NCBI GenBank assembly: GCA_964651735.1
Contig: CAZYYU010000003.1
Location: forward strand, 48,014-112,013
Source: an uncultured Gammaproteobacteria bacterium
GTDB lineage: Bacteria > Pseudomonadota > Gammaproteobacteria > CAZYYU01
Reading direction: 5' to 3'
DNA: 64,000 nt
Below are positions 28,986 through 38,940 of this stretch, one piece after another. Position 1 is the stretch's first letter. The number at the start of each line of letters is the position of its first letter. Both the position numbers and the translations under genes were made by a program. The notes below the pieces were generated by a model. It worked only from the letters and a program-made list of their open reading frames with translations, searched no databases and was not told the origin of the DNA.

Positions 28986-29005
28986 TCTCAACATCGCAAA
29001 TCATT

Positions 29006-30178
29006 TTAAAACTCATCCGGTGTGTATTTTTTTATTAGATTTGACACAGGTTTATAGCCTAGCCAATCCTTATAATTTTTTTCATCCTCAACAATATTTG
29101 ACAGATAGACGATGGTTAACTTTCGTTGTGGTTCGTATAATGTTAGGCTGGTAAAGGCCCCTATCCTTCCACCATAACCTCTCATAGTTCCGAGCATCGA
29201 TGGAAAGTGGTAAGTTCCATAACCTTCTTTATTTTTATAATCTTGATGCATTAGATCGTAAAGTTCAGGTGATAAAATGGTTTTTTTGACATGTAAAGCT
29301 TGATTCCATCGATAAAGATCATAGGCCGAAGTCACTATATTTGCTGTGCCTTTTGCATTACTAAAATGGAAATATTGTGTAGGTCTAGCGATGGTTGGGA
29401 ATTCTCCGTTTTGGTTATATAAAAGCTGGTCTGCAAAATAGGGGTCTTTTTGGGCTAATTCCTTATAATTAGAGACTGAATTGGCATAGGTATGCGTCAT
29501 TCGCAGTGGTTTAAAGAATTGTTTTTCGAAATATTCCTCATGTCGAGTTTTCGTGATTTCTTCCAAAATCGTGACGACCAAAATATAGTTTGAATTTGAA
29601 TATTCAAAACCAGAACCGGGATCAAAGAGTAGATTTTTGTGTTTAATGAGTGAAATGAGCTCTTCTGGTCGATGTAGCTTATCGTAAAAATATTCTCCAT
29701 CATTTTCCAGGGCATTTGCCTTCTTGAGTTTTCGATAATCCATAATACCGGATGTATGTGTTAACAATTGATGTAATGTGATTTGTCTTGCCCACTCAGG
29801 CATATCACCCGCCCATATAGCATGCCTGGACGTCAAGAATGTGCTGAGCGGTTTTCTTAATTCTGCTTTTATTGCCCTGAGTTGCTCCTCAGTGCTAAGG
29901 TGATGAAATTGATCAGCTAAGGCCTTTAAAATAGCAACGGCAGTAAATTGCTTTGATATGGAACCAATCATAAACTCGCTATTGAGATCCAAAGCCGTTT
30001 TCTTTTCGATATTGAGATAACCCTGACATTTACTAAACACAATACCTTCAGATTTAGCGATCAATGCACAGCCACTAAGTTTGCTACCGGGTTTTAATTG
30101 AGCATCGTTTTTTATCGTTCTATAAAAAACGAATATCATGACTGGTATTAATAATAGAATAGTAGTGCGTAATTTCAT
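29006..30178 (-). CDS. serine hydrolase, beta-lactamase class C / esterase family
   Basis: SxxK motif IGSISKQF, YxN-like region; signal peptide; 390 aa. Confidence 0.8.
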   Translation of the reverse strand: MKLRTTILLLIPVMIFVFYRTIKNDAQLKPGSKLSGCALIAKSEGIVFSKCQGYLNIEKKTALDLNSEFMIGSISKQFTAVAILKALADQFHHLSTEEQLRAIKAELRKPLSTFLTSRHAIWAGDMPEWARQITLHQLLTHTSGIMDYRKLKKANALENDGEYFYDKLHRPEELISLIKHKNLLFDPGSGFEYSNSNYILVVTILEEITKTRHEEYFEKQFFKPLRMTHTYANSVSNYKELAQKDPYFADQLLYNQNGEFPTIARPTQYFHFSNAKGTANIVTSAYDLYRWNQALHVKKTILSPELYDLMHQDYKNKEGYGTYHFPSMLGTMRGYGGRIGAFTSLTLYEPQRKLTIVYLSNIVEDEKNYKDWLGYKPVSNLIKKYTPDEF

Positions 30179-30245
30179 AGTGTCAGAGGATAACTGATAT
30201 TCACCACCATGTCATCTTGTTTAGTCTTGTTTTTAATACTCTAAC

Positions 30246-31868
30246 ATGGCAAAATTGCAGCTAATTCGGAGTAAAAAAATGTTTAGTGACGATATACTCA
30301 AAAACCCAGAATCTGATGTAACCACTCTCCTCGAAAAAATGTCCGATTCTGAAATTCGCGATGCTGTTGAATCCAAGCGTAAAGATGGAACCAATCTACT
30401 AGCGCAATTCGCAAAATATCGTAATGAAAAAGAATTTATCTATTTGATTGATCGCTTACCTTCAGCTTGCCTTGAGCGTGTTTTACCCAGCTTATTTTCC
30501 ATCTTGTCAAGAGGTGCTAATGAATCTCAAAATGTCATGAGAAAAATAAATACCTTCCAGATGATGCTTGCACATCAATCATTAGACGCCATATTACATG
30601 TTCGAAGCAAAATAAATACCATTGTTATTTATGAGGCTCTAACGATAGAAAACTCCGTTTTAGAAACAGAAAGATGCTCATGGAAAAAATTAATTGCTCT
30701 CAATAATAAACTTAAAGATACTATGCAAACCCAAAAAGCATCACCTAATAGTCCTGAGAAAAAACCAGAATCGAAATGCGAATATTTGATCAGAGTTTTA
30801 GAAGAGTTTATCCAAATGACAGACCAGTGTAAAACCTTAACATCAGAAACACCAAGACAACTTAAATTAGGTACTGTGAAGATGAGCTTAGAGTTATGCA
30901 TGGGCTATCGAGACACGCGACCAGAATTTCTGGAATGGAATTTATTACATTTTGTCTGTGCTGGCATCTACAATAAAGCTGCAAATCCACAAGCATTGCA
31001 AGAAATCGCCTCAAGGGTCATTAAAAATTTGAATGCCACTTTATTATCACGCATCCATGCCTACACTTGTAGAGACCCTCAATTTTCTGGATGTAATTTA
31101 TTGCACTTTGTTTTACTTCACATCCAAAATATGGATGATATTAAAGTTTTTTGCAGCAAAGCAAACGATGAGACATTAAACATATGGCTATGTCATCGTC
31201 TCCAATGTCAGGTCGCTTATAAAGCTGTTCCTTTGAGAAATTTTTCTGCACTACAGATGATGCTCTTATATTTAAATTTGCCCAGTTTACAATATGTGAT
31301 GTCCAGAACATCACCTAAAACATTATTTCTTGCTTTAGTAAATACTAATGAGACACGCAGTGCTAATGAGCTTCTAGATCTAAATCCACAACTCAAATAT
31401 GCACCTACTCTTGATAAGGTCAAACAACAAATTTATGGCACTCGATTATTTTATGAACTCTATAATTTTTGTGTGCTTGTCAAAGAAAAACGGAAAGATG
31501 CTATAGAAGATCGAATTGAGTGGGTAAGACAGCTCATGCAATATATAGAAAATCATTCAGAAGCCTATACCTTTTGCACCGCACTCAATAAAATGTATGT
31601 AGCCTTCAAACTCATCGAAGATGAAAAAGTCCTACTTCAATATCTATCATTAAGACCCTTCAATCACATCACTAATGATATTTGTGCTGAAAGAAATATG
31701 CATACCATTAAAGATGGATATGAAGCTTGCAAACAACTATTCCATGAATTTTTTATGCCCGTAGCCCTTATGGTACCAGAACCACCGCAACGCTCACCTT
31801 CTCCTAAAAAGAAGGTGAAATTTTCGACTCAGGACAATGAAGTCCAGGAATTTCCGGCGAAAAAATGA
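30246..31868 (+). CDS. hypothetical protein (540 aa), effector-like orphan
   Basis: no recognised domain; internal duplicated segment NLLHFVCAGIYNK / NLLHFVLLHIQN; C-terminal KKKVKFSTQDNEVQEFPAKK. Confidence 0.5.
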   Translation: MAKLQLIRSKKMFSDDILKNPESDVTTLLEKMSDSEIRDAVESKRKDGTNLLAQFAKYRNEKEFIYLIDRLPSACLERVLPSLFSILSRGANESQNVMRKINTFQMMLAHQSLDAILHVRSKINTIVIYEALTIENSVLETERCSWKKLIALNNKLKDTMQTQKASPNSPEKKPESKCEYLIRVLEEFIQMTDQCKTLTSETPRQLKLGTVKMSLELCMGYRDTRPEFLEWNLLHFVCAGIYNKAANPQALQEIASRVIKNLNATLLSRIHAYTCRDPQFSGCNLLHFVLLHIQNMDDIKVFCSKANDETLNIWLCHRLQCQVAYKAVPLRNFSALQMMLLYLNLPSLQYVMSRTSPKTLFLALVNTNETRSANELLDLNPQLKYAPTLDKVKQQIYGTRLFYELYNFCVLVKEKRKDAIEDRIEWVRQLMQYIENHSEAYTFCTALNKMYVAFKLIEDEKVLLQYLSLRPFNHITNDICAERNMHTIKDGYEACKQLFHEFFMPVALMVPEPPQRSPSPKKKVKFSTQDNEVQEFPAKK

Positions 31869-31905
31869 GGACTATAATTTAATATGAAATAAACTATAAT
31901 ATAAA

Positions 31906-33264
31906 TTGATAATTACGTTTTTTTACTTATTAGATGAGGTTAACATGATCCATAAACAAGAAATAAAGGGTTACCTATTATTTGATCATGGAGGAGTTAT
32001 TGAAGGCGATCATTTTCACACAGGCTCAGGTTTTGAAGAGAACCTCAGAGAATATAATGAAAAAACCGATCTAAAACTTTCTGAGGATCTTTACTTAGCG
32101 CATGGTGTGGAAATCTTTAGGATGTTGTATGAGCTCGATCTTAATGGCTATAAATTTGTCTATGCCAGTGGCAATGTAGAGTCACATCAAGTTGAGCTAA
32201 AACACCTTCATGAAGAAGCTTGCAAAAAACGGGGAATAAAGTATCCACCCGTTTTTGCGATGTGTGCAAAAGATGCTAAAAAATATCCAGGTGCATTTTT
32301 TGATACTAATCCTCAAATTATTCCGCCCAGTGAAAATAATGATTCTACCGTGGTTGGAATTTGTGGTGATACAGATTCAACAGGGAAAGAATTTTTTGGA
32401 AAAACATTTATACGACGTGCTTTAGAAAGAGTCTTAGATACCAGTTTAATGGCAAATAGTATTGTTTTTGATGATGCTTTTCCCGTTGTGCGTGCGGCAC
32501 AAAAGGAAGGCTATCAAGTCTATCGTGTGGGAGGTCCTCTAACAGAAAATGAAGAGGGAAATGGACCCGCCCTTCGAGGTGGTACTCTCTATGATGGTGT
32601 ACGTGCATTTTACGAAAATGCTATAGAGCAAAGTAAATCTTGGAAAGTCGATAGCGAAGAAGAATCTGATGAATCATCTAGTCCCGATAAATCATCAACT
32701 CCCGATGAAACACCAAATTCAACGCCTTTTCCATTTAACCGTATTTTAGGACCAAAAGATGATAAAGCTTTGATTGAATATATGCAGTGGAAAGCTTGGC
32801 CACCGATTAACGCAAAGAAAACTAAAAATCACTGGTTTCGATCTGAAGTGACCCGATATACACAAAATCTTCAGATTGAAAACCTACTCAAGGATCAAGA
32901 AGTACAAAGAACCTTATTTAATTTTGCCGTATATCGAGCAACAATGCGACTAGGTGAGTCTCAGGACAACAAGCGCAAAAAAATGGATGAGTTATTACAA
33001 AGTCTTAATGGAAAATCCCTAGAAGAGGCAGATGAAATTATTGATGCTGCTTTGCAAGATGAGGTCTTAATTGAAAACACCGGTTTTGGTTTTTTTCGAT
33101 TTTTTCATAGTATTCCTCTTGGCGTTCATAATGGGCAAATGGATGATCTATTTGCAAGATCCACTACTGAAGAATTATTAATTGAATTGAGTCATGCATT
33201 GAAAGCCGCGATTAAAAAAATGAATGAGCCTGATGAGCTTAGCGAAGAAAGTGCAGCGCCTTAA
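31906..33264 (+). CDS. hypothetical protein (452 aa) with possible degenerate HAD-like N-terminal domain and acidic/Ser-rich C-terminal half
   Basis: motif I-like LLFDHGGVI, motif IV-like IVFDDAFPVVRAAQKEG; C-terminal DSEEESDESSSPDKSSTPDETP and ...EPDELSEESAAP. Confidence 0.45.
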   Translation: MIITFFYLLDEVNMIHKQEIKGYLLFDHGGVIEGDHFHTGSGFEENLREYNEKTDLKLSEDLYLAHGVEIFRMLYELDLNGYKFVYASGNVESHQVELKHLHEEACKKRGIKYPPVFAMCAKDAKKYPGAFFDTNPQIIPPSENNDSTVVGICGDTDSTGKEFFGKTFIRRALERVLDTSLMANSIVFDDAFPVVRAAQKEGYQVYRVGGPLTENEEGNGPALRGGTLYDGVRAFYENAIEQSKSWKVDSEEESDESSSPDKSSTPDETPNSTPFPFNRILGPKDDKALIEYMQWKAWPPINAKKTKNHWFRSEVTRYTQNLQIENLLKDQEVQRTLFNFAVYRATMRLGESQDNKRKKMDELLQSLNGKSLEEADEIIDAALQDEVLIENTGFGFFRFFHSIPLGVHNGQMDDLFARSTTEELLIELSHALKAAIKKMNEPDELSEESAAP

Positions 33265-33272
33265 AGTATAAA

Positions 33273-33293
33273 GGCGGGGTGCTTTGCACCCCG
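33273..33293. terminator. bidirectional hairpin between convergent genes
   Basis: CGGGGTGC-ttt-GCACCCCG perfect 8-bp stem. Confidence 0.5.
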
Positions 33294-33314
33294 GATCAAG
33301 ACAAGAGAAAATAA

Positions 33315-34511
33315 CTAAGAATAACTGAGCGTCAAATAAAATCCACTAAATCCAAAATTTGAAGTATTTTCTACAAATAGTGGTTCAATATCCCCAGTAC
33401 CAACAAATGGAGGATTGGTTGCTGAAGGAGGGAGCGTCGAATTGGTTGGTCCAAATACTTGAACTGAATTCGTAAAATGCGGTGAAAGCTGAACGACATG
33501 ATAATACCCTGTTGCACGATAACCCGTTTCTACAGAAAAACCACTGCCAGCTGGATTAGGATTTAAAGAAAAGCGCAAACCTAATTTCACCGTACCTGCA
33601 GGTACCACGGTGTATAAATTATCTGAATTCAGGACTCGATTAAATACCGTGATATTATCACCCGCCGTACAGGTTGAACCGGTTGCCGGTGGTGTAGAAC
33701 ATAATACCGTTCTTTTATCAGTTTGGTGCGCATCAACTCGACCACCGAGTAAAGAACCAGCAGCATGACCAATAAAAGAAAAATGTCCGCCTGGACCACC
33801 AATTGGATAATTAACATCAAAACCTAGACGTGGACCAAATCCCCAAAATTCACTTTTTAAATTACTGACACCCGTTTCAGTGTTACCAAAAAATGAGGCT
33901 ACACTACCATTATTAAGGTTATAGACACGTGTTGAGGTAGTGCTCATTTCATCATCGATACGAGCACCACTGAAGCCAAAGAAAAATCGTGAATAAAGAT
34001 TACAATAGCTAACTAGCTGACCCACCTCAATATTGATTTCGTCAAAATAGAAAGGAACGGTGGCTTGAGTTGCATCCCATGTCCCTTGAGAAAAACGATT
34101 ATACAAAAAAGGTGGTAAATTTGGTGTAGTTGTTTTTCGAATCACATTCTCTGAATCTTCTGAATCAAAGTGAGTCCAGTTACCAGAAAAATCCGTTCCG
34201 GAATCGCCTAATTTAATTCCAGCATCCACACGAAGACCATAAGTATATGCAGGAATAACAGCTCTATATGTACGGGAAGCCAGAGCAAAATCTTGGAAAT
34301 TATCATTACCGAAGAGTGCAAAATACAAATCTCCATTGGTCGGACGTGCAAAGAATCCTGTAATCCCATATTCAAAACTGGTTCTTTGTTGTGGCACCGT
34401 GACTGGAACGTAATGAGGTGCGGTTCTGTCGACGTAATATGCTTGAGTCGTCGTTGCCAAGGCAACTAAGGCGAGAGTGATTTTAGACTTACTGAAACTC
34501 ATAATAATCAT
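33315..34511 (-). CDS. outer-membrane porin of the Legionella/Coxiella major outer membrane protein (MOMP) family
   Basis: signal peptide ...TTTQA-YYVD; N-terminal FEYGITGFFARPTNGDLYF resembles MOMP-family WDIGITALYLQP region; beta-strand-rich, Gly/aromatic alternation. Confidence 0.6.
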   Translation of the reverse strand: MIIMSFSKSKITLALVALATTTQAYYVDRTAPHYVPVTVPQQRTSFEYGITGFFARPTNGDLYFALFGNDNFQDFALASRTYRAVIPAYTYGLRVDAGIKLGDSGTDFSGNWTHFDSEDSENVIRKTTTPNLPPFLYNRFSQGTWDATQATVPFYFDEINIEVGQLVSYCNLYSRFFFGFSGARIDDEMSTTSTRVYNLNNGSVASFFGNTETGVSNLKSEFWGFGPRLGFDVNYPIGGPGGHFSFIGHAAGSLLGGRVDAHQTDKRTVLCSTPPATGSTCTAGDNITVFNRVLNSDNLYTVVPAGTVKLGLRFSLNPNPAGSGFSVETGYRATGYYHVVQLSPHFTNSVQVFGPTNSTLPPSATNPPFVGTGDIEPLFVENTSNFGFSGFYLTLSYS

Positions 34512-34564
34512 ATCCCTATGTTGAAAAACATTGGCTCGATTATAATGAATAATAATTCGAAATG

Positions 34565-37500
34565 CTAGAATAATACCGGTACGTGATTTTCCATTCCGAC
34601 AATAGAACCTGAAGCTGAAGCATAATGGTTATGTGAACCATCTACACTACTGTACCAAATATCTGCATTTGCACCTTGAACTGAATCATGAAAGCCCAGA
34701 TGAAATGGATTAATGTCATGATCAACGACATGATTAACAGGTCTTACTGCAGGGTCCGTGCTTTGACCAAAGACAGAAGAAATAGCTTTTAAATTGAGTG
34801 CATTCACATCACTGAATATTTCTGAACCTTTGACATTTGCCAATCCATGATCATCCACAACTCCATTTTGATGCGGATGTTGCAGATTATCAAAGTTAAG
34901 AACTTCATTGCCATGTGGTCCATGAATACCATTATCACTCACAAGGACTCCTGGAGGTAAAATTCGAGTACCAGTGGCCAATTGTTCTGCCATGACTTGT
35001 GGGTGATTTGCGTCATAAGGTAAACCGGGTTCACCAATGGCGTGACCAATTTCGTGCATAATTACGGTTAATAAATCCATATGTCCATAGGCTCCACTGG
35101 TGGTGGTAGCTTGCCATGCATTTCCATCAACTAAGTTGATCGCAAATGCGGATGGATCCATCGGATGACCATCAATATACCAACCATAACCTGCGGCATT
35201 GGCATCGATAATGATGTGATTACCTATTTGTTCTCCGAGCATACCATTGGGCAAATCACCGACGGTGAAGACCAAATGACTCAAAGTAGCAGATTGAGCA
35301 GGTGTGATATTGGCAACGGTCCAATATTGCGTTGCAACAGCGGCCATCAGACTTAAGGTACTAGCACTTAAGACCATGGTTGAAGGATTCACCGTGTTCT
35401 CACCATTTAAGGCCATTAGATGATTAACTGGAGGGTTTATATTAATGGTAAAGGTGTTGGTATCGGATACCGTGATAGCATTATAAGTATCAACAACCTT
35501 TACTGTCAGTGTATAACTGGCATGTACAGAGTGATCAATGGTCGCATTGGCATCAACCGTGATAAGACCCGTCGTTGGGTTGATATCAAATACTGTAGAT
35601 CCTGTTCCACCAGTAATTGAATAGGTCGTATCTGTTGCCGAATTTGGATCACTACTACTGATCGTGACTTGGCCCACCGTTGTACCACCAGGGCTTAAGT
35701 CAGGAATACTAAAGGTTGATGGGTTATTGGTTATTGCTATACCTTGTACATTGATCACGAAGTTTTGAGAAGTGATCATGGTTGTGGGCAGAGCGGGGTT
35801 AGCATCGGCAACCGAGACCGTAATTGAATAGCTAGGATGCGTGGCATAATCAATGGTGTGGCCAGGAGCGACACTAATAGCGCCGGTGTTTGAGTTAATT
35901 TGTAAATCCCCAGAGCTATTACCACTCGTAATCGAATAGCTAATACCCGTAGCAGAGCTAGGATTTGAAGCAATAGTCACTTGTCCAATGGAGCTATTGG
36001 CATGACTGTGATCAAGTACAGAAAATACTGCTGGATTGTTAGTAATCGCTACACCAACGATATTGATGGTAAAGGTAGCGGAATCCGTTAATGGCGTTGT
36101 TACAGCGGCATAGTTATCTTGAACCCCTACTGTGAGTGTATAGCTTGGTGTTGTTTGAAAGTCAAAGGTAGCACCGCTAGCCACTGAAATTACCCCTGTG
36201 AGAGGATTAATAGTAAATAATGTGCTGCCTGTACCACCAGTAATGCTAAACATCGGAACAGGATTTGGGTCAGTAGTCACAGTAGTCACTGTACCAACCA
36301 CTGTGCTAGGAATGCTGTCTACATTCACATTAAAAGATAATGGATTATTAGTGATGGCAATTCCGTCTATAAAAATGGTAAAAGGTTGTGTTGTTGTTAA
36401 ATTAGGATTTGCGGTAACCCCGTTATAATAGCTATCCGTCACTGTTGCACTAATAGACATCGTAGGTGTTTGTTGAAAATTAAAGGGTACAGCTCCTGTA
36501 GCTACTGTAATATTTCCATGAGTATCTATACTAAATTGTCCTACATTAGTTCCCGAGAGTGCGTAAGTAAACAGACCAACATCCGGATTAATTACAACGT
36601 TATTAACGATGTAGTTGGTTGCAGCCACATGACCAACGGCGTTGCCTGCTACACTGTGTTCATTAATATGGAAGGACAATGGTGAATTGGTTATTTGTGG
36701 GGTAACGTGCGTAATATTAATAGTTACTGTGTTAGTGACCGTAAATGGTAAAAAGCCGATGACTCCAGGATGTGAGTCTACTACTTGAACAGTCAGTGTA
36801 TATATTGGAGGAACAATGGTTAAAGCGGCTACGTTAAGATTATTAACAGTAATGACTCCAGTTGCTGGATCGATATTAAAGACACTGGCACCGGTACCCC
36901 CCACAATTGAATAGGTCAAAATGTCTCCAAGATCAGGGTCCGATGCGATGAGTGTGCCAGCTACTACGACAGCATTTAAAGCACTATATTGAGGCACCGA
37001 GAAAACCTGATTGTCATTAATCACTGGTGTATCATTTATACCAAGAACGTCTAAGGTTACTACGGCAGAGCTTGTGACTAAGCCGTTGGTAGCAACATAG
37101 GTAAATTGGACAGGCTCAATATGAGTTTGGAATAAAGGTATAAATATATTCGTTGGGTCAAAGGTAAAACTTCCATCAGAAGACATGATCACAATAGCCC
37201 CATCAGGCAAGGTCACTGATACACTTCCATTTGCGGGCACTCTGACACCATTGATACTGAGAACTTGCAAAAACTGTCCACTCAAGATGGTATCTGAGTC
37301 ATTTGCCAACACACCTTGTGGTGGAAGAAATGTATTAATAGTTTGAGCTACTGTAAAAACATCAGGCTGTGCTTTAAATTCACCCGCCAATTGCGCTCTA
37401 CTCAAGGTTGATAATAATTCCACTGTTGGTCCGGTTACTGGGGGTATAAAAGTAGAGACCGCAGCGGATAAGGGTGTAGATAGATTTTCATGTTCAGCCT

Positions 37501-38758
37501 GAGCCACATGCCCTTGTACTTGTGGCAAAACAAAAACAGTCGCAGCAGTATTGCCAACATTAATGCTTCCTCTTTCTGTACTGGTTGTGATAGTTACCGG
37601 TATTTGTACCGGCGTACGTACCACATCAAGTTGTGATATACCCAATGCTCTCACAGAAAGATTTTCAAAGGTTGAAACTAATACCGGTCTAGCTTCTAAG
37701 ACATTCAATGCTGAAGTGCTTGAAGCCGATGCAATGACCATGGCTGTGGAGCTCATCATTCCTGCTAAGGAATCTGAGCCCGTTAAAATACTTTGAGCAG
37801 CTGTTGTGGAAGAAGAAGCGCCTCGTAATTCTGCTGCAATAACAGAAGTTGCCAAAGCACGTTCAGCTGAGCGACGAGCAGCACCGATAGCTGTCAATTC
37901 AAAGGATTGTTGAGTATGTAAACGTACACCATCACGTGTTTCATGTGCTCGAATTTCTAGTTTCAATTGACCTGAAAAATCTCGAGGAGGTGTACCCGAT
38001 AAAATAAATTCACCTAATGCTAAAGGCACTAAGGTTAACCATGCTGGTAAAGCACCTTCTAATGATTCAAGATCAACTTCCACACTTTTAAGGTTGTCAC
38101 CGGTTAAATAGAAGTAATATCCATAAGGGACACCAGGTGTTGCAGAGGTTATTGGTACACCATGCCATTGTAATTGTTCATTATGTTCAGAATGCACGAT
38201 AATATCGGTGGCATTGTGCTCTTTATCCGTCAATAGTAATAAAGGATCAGAAAGTCCACTGTGAGTATGTCCGAAAAATTTTGATAAAGTGATATATTTT
38301 CCTGCTGCTGCCGATTGGGGTTCAAAATAAACTAAAAGGTCATTTCCTTTTCGGTGAACATCGTTATAGCTAACCTCACTGTTCAGAAATTCATATTTAT
38401 CACCAGCATGTGTAGGAATGATACTAAATGGTGCTGCAGATAATTCTCTAACAACCCCATCATGATGAGTAACGGTGAGTGATACGATAAGTTTTTTAGC
38501 GAATTCATTGGGAGAATATGTCACGTCTTTAAATTCTATTCGATTATTATTATCGCTAAAGAAATTATCGATGGTATAGTTCAAATTCGTATGCACAGTA
38601 AAGATGAGTGACGATTCTGCTTTTAGCGCAGAAGTCATTGCGTTAGCCTCAGCGTCGATTACGACCTTATCACCAGGTTGCAGTGCCAAATGCTTACCCG
38701 ATTCAACTATCTCTGTTGAGCCTCCTCCTTGAGAATGTACAATCGAGATAATGCTCAT
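34565..38758 (-). CDS. giant (1397 aa) Ig/cadherin-like tandem-repeat protein with C-terminal metzincin-like zinc-metalloprotease motif; no N-terminal Sec signal
   Basis: about 6-7 tandem ~100-aa repeats (ITNNP..F...D.S...T.VGQVTI.S.DPNSAT...YSITGGTGS..F.INP.TG.I.V); VIMHEIGHAIGEPG (HExxHxxG) near residue 1200. Confidence 0.75.
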   Translation of the reverse strand: MSIISIVHSQGGGSTEIVESGKHLALQPGDKVVIDAEANAMTSALKAESSLIFTVHTNLNYTIDNFFSDNNNRIEFKDVTYSPNEFAKKLIVSLTVTHHDGVVRELSAAPFSIIPTHAGDKYEFLNSEVSYNDVHRKGNDLLVYFEPQSAAAGKYITLSKFFGHTHSGLSDPLLLLTDKEHNATDIIVHSEHNEQLQWHGVPITSATPGVPYGYYFYLTGDNLKSVEVDLESLEGALPAWLTLVPLALGEFILSGTPPRDFSGQLKLEIRAHETRDGVRLHTQQSFELTAIGAARRSAERALATSVIAAELRGASSSTTAAQSILTGSDSLAGMMSSTAMVIASASSTSALNVLEARPVLVSTFENLSVRALGISQLDVVRTPVQIPVTITTSTERGSINVGNTAATVFVLPQVQGHVAQAEHENLSTPLSAAVSTFIPPVTGPTVELLSTLSRAQLAGEFKAQPDVFTVAQTINTFLPPQGVLANDSDTILSGQFLQVLSINGVRVPANGSVSVTLPDGAIVIMSSDGSFTFDPTNIFIPLFQTHIEPVQFTYVATNGLVTSSAVVTLDVLGINDTPVINDNQVFSVPQYSALNAVVVAGTLIASDPDLGDILTYSIVGGTGASVFNIDPATGVITVNNLNVAALTIVPPIYTLTVQVVDSHPGVIGFLPFTVTNTVTINITHVTPQITNSPLSFHINEHSVAGNAVGHVAATNYIVNNVVINPDVGLFTYALSGTNVGQFSIDTHGNITVATGAVPFNFQQTPTMSISATVTDSYYNGVTANPNLTTTQPFTIFIDGIAITNNPLSFNVNVDSIPSTVVGTVTTVTTDPNPVPMFSITGGTGSTLFTINPLTGVISVASGATFDFQTTPSYTLTVGVQDNYAAVTTPLTDSATFTINIVGVAITNNPAVFSVLDHSHANSSIGQVTIASNPSSATGISYSITSGNSSGDLQINSNTGAISVAPGHTIDYATHPSYSITVSVADANPALPTTMITSQNFVINVQGIAITNNPSTFSIPDLSPGGTTVGQVTISSSDPNSATDTTYSITGGTGSTVFDINPTTGLITVDANATIDHSVHASYTLTVKVVDTYNAITVSDTNTFTININPPVNHLMALNGENTVNPSTMVLSASTLSLMAAVATQYWTVANITPAQSATLSHLVFTVGDLPNGMLGEQIGNHIIIDANAAGYGWYIDGHPMDPSAFAINLVDGNAWQATTTSGAYGHMDLLTVIMHEIGHAIGEPGLPYDANHPQVMAEQLATGTRILPPGVLVSDNGIHGPHGNEVLNFDNLQHPHQNGVVDDHGLANVKGSEIFSDVNALNLKAISSVFGQSTDPAVRPVNHVVDHDINPFHLGFHDSVQGANADIWYSSVDGSHNHYASASGSIVGMENHVPVLF

Positions 38759-38892
38759 CTTTAATACCCCCTGCCATCACCTAAGTTGTCCTCTTACTTA
38801 TAATAATAGCATATACAGGGAATTTCTCCCTGTAATTCATCACTTCTTAATACTATTATAGCTGAAAATGGCGAATTTAGTGGGTTTTAGGC

Positions 38893-38930
38893 ATAAAAAA
38901 ATCCCCCTGGACCCATAAAGGGTCCAGAGG
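38893..38930 (-). terminator. rho-independent terminator downstream of mip
   Basis: rc reads CCCTCTGGACCC-tttatg-GGTCCAGGGGG followed by T7. Confidence 0.6.
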
Positions 38931-38940
38931 GAAGCTAGAA

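Noticed and set aside
31920-31960. Possible PmrA-type (TTAATATT-N2-TTAATATT) regulatory box upstream of the 452-aa orphan (TTTAATATGAAATAAACTATAATATAAAT)
   Set aside because: Two TAATAT half-sites are present but spaced about 17 bp, not the 11-bp periodicity of the Legionella/Coxiella PmrA consensus. It is indistinguishable from AT-rich background.
34565-38758. RTX-type T1SS substrate assignment for the giant repeat protein
   Set aside because: No GGxGxDxUx nonapeptide repeats and no adjacent HlyB/HlyD/TolC genes, so the secretion route is left open.
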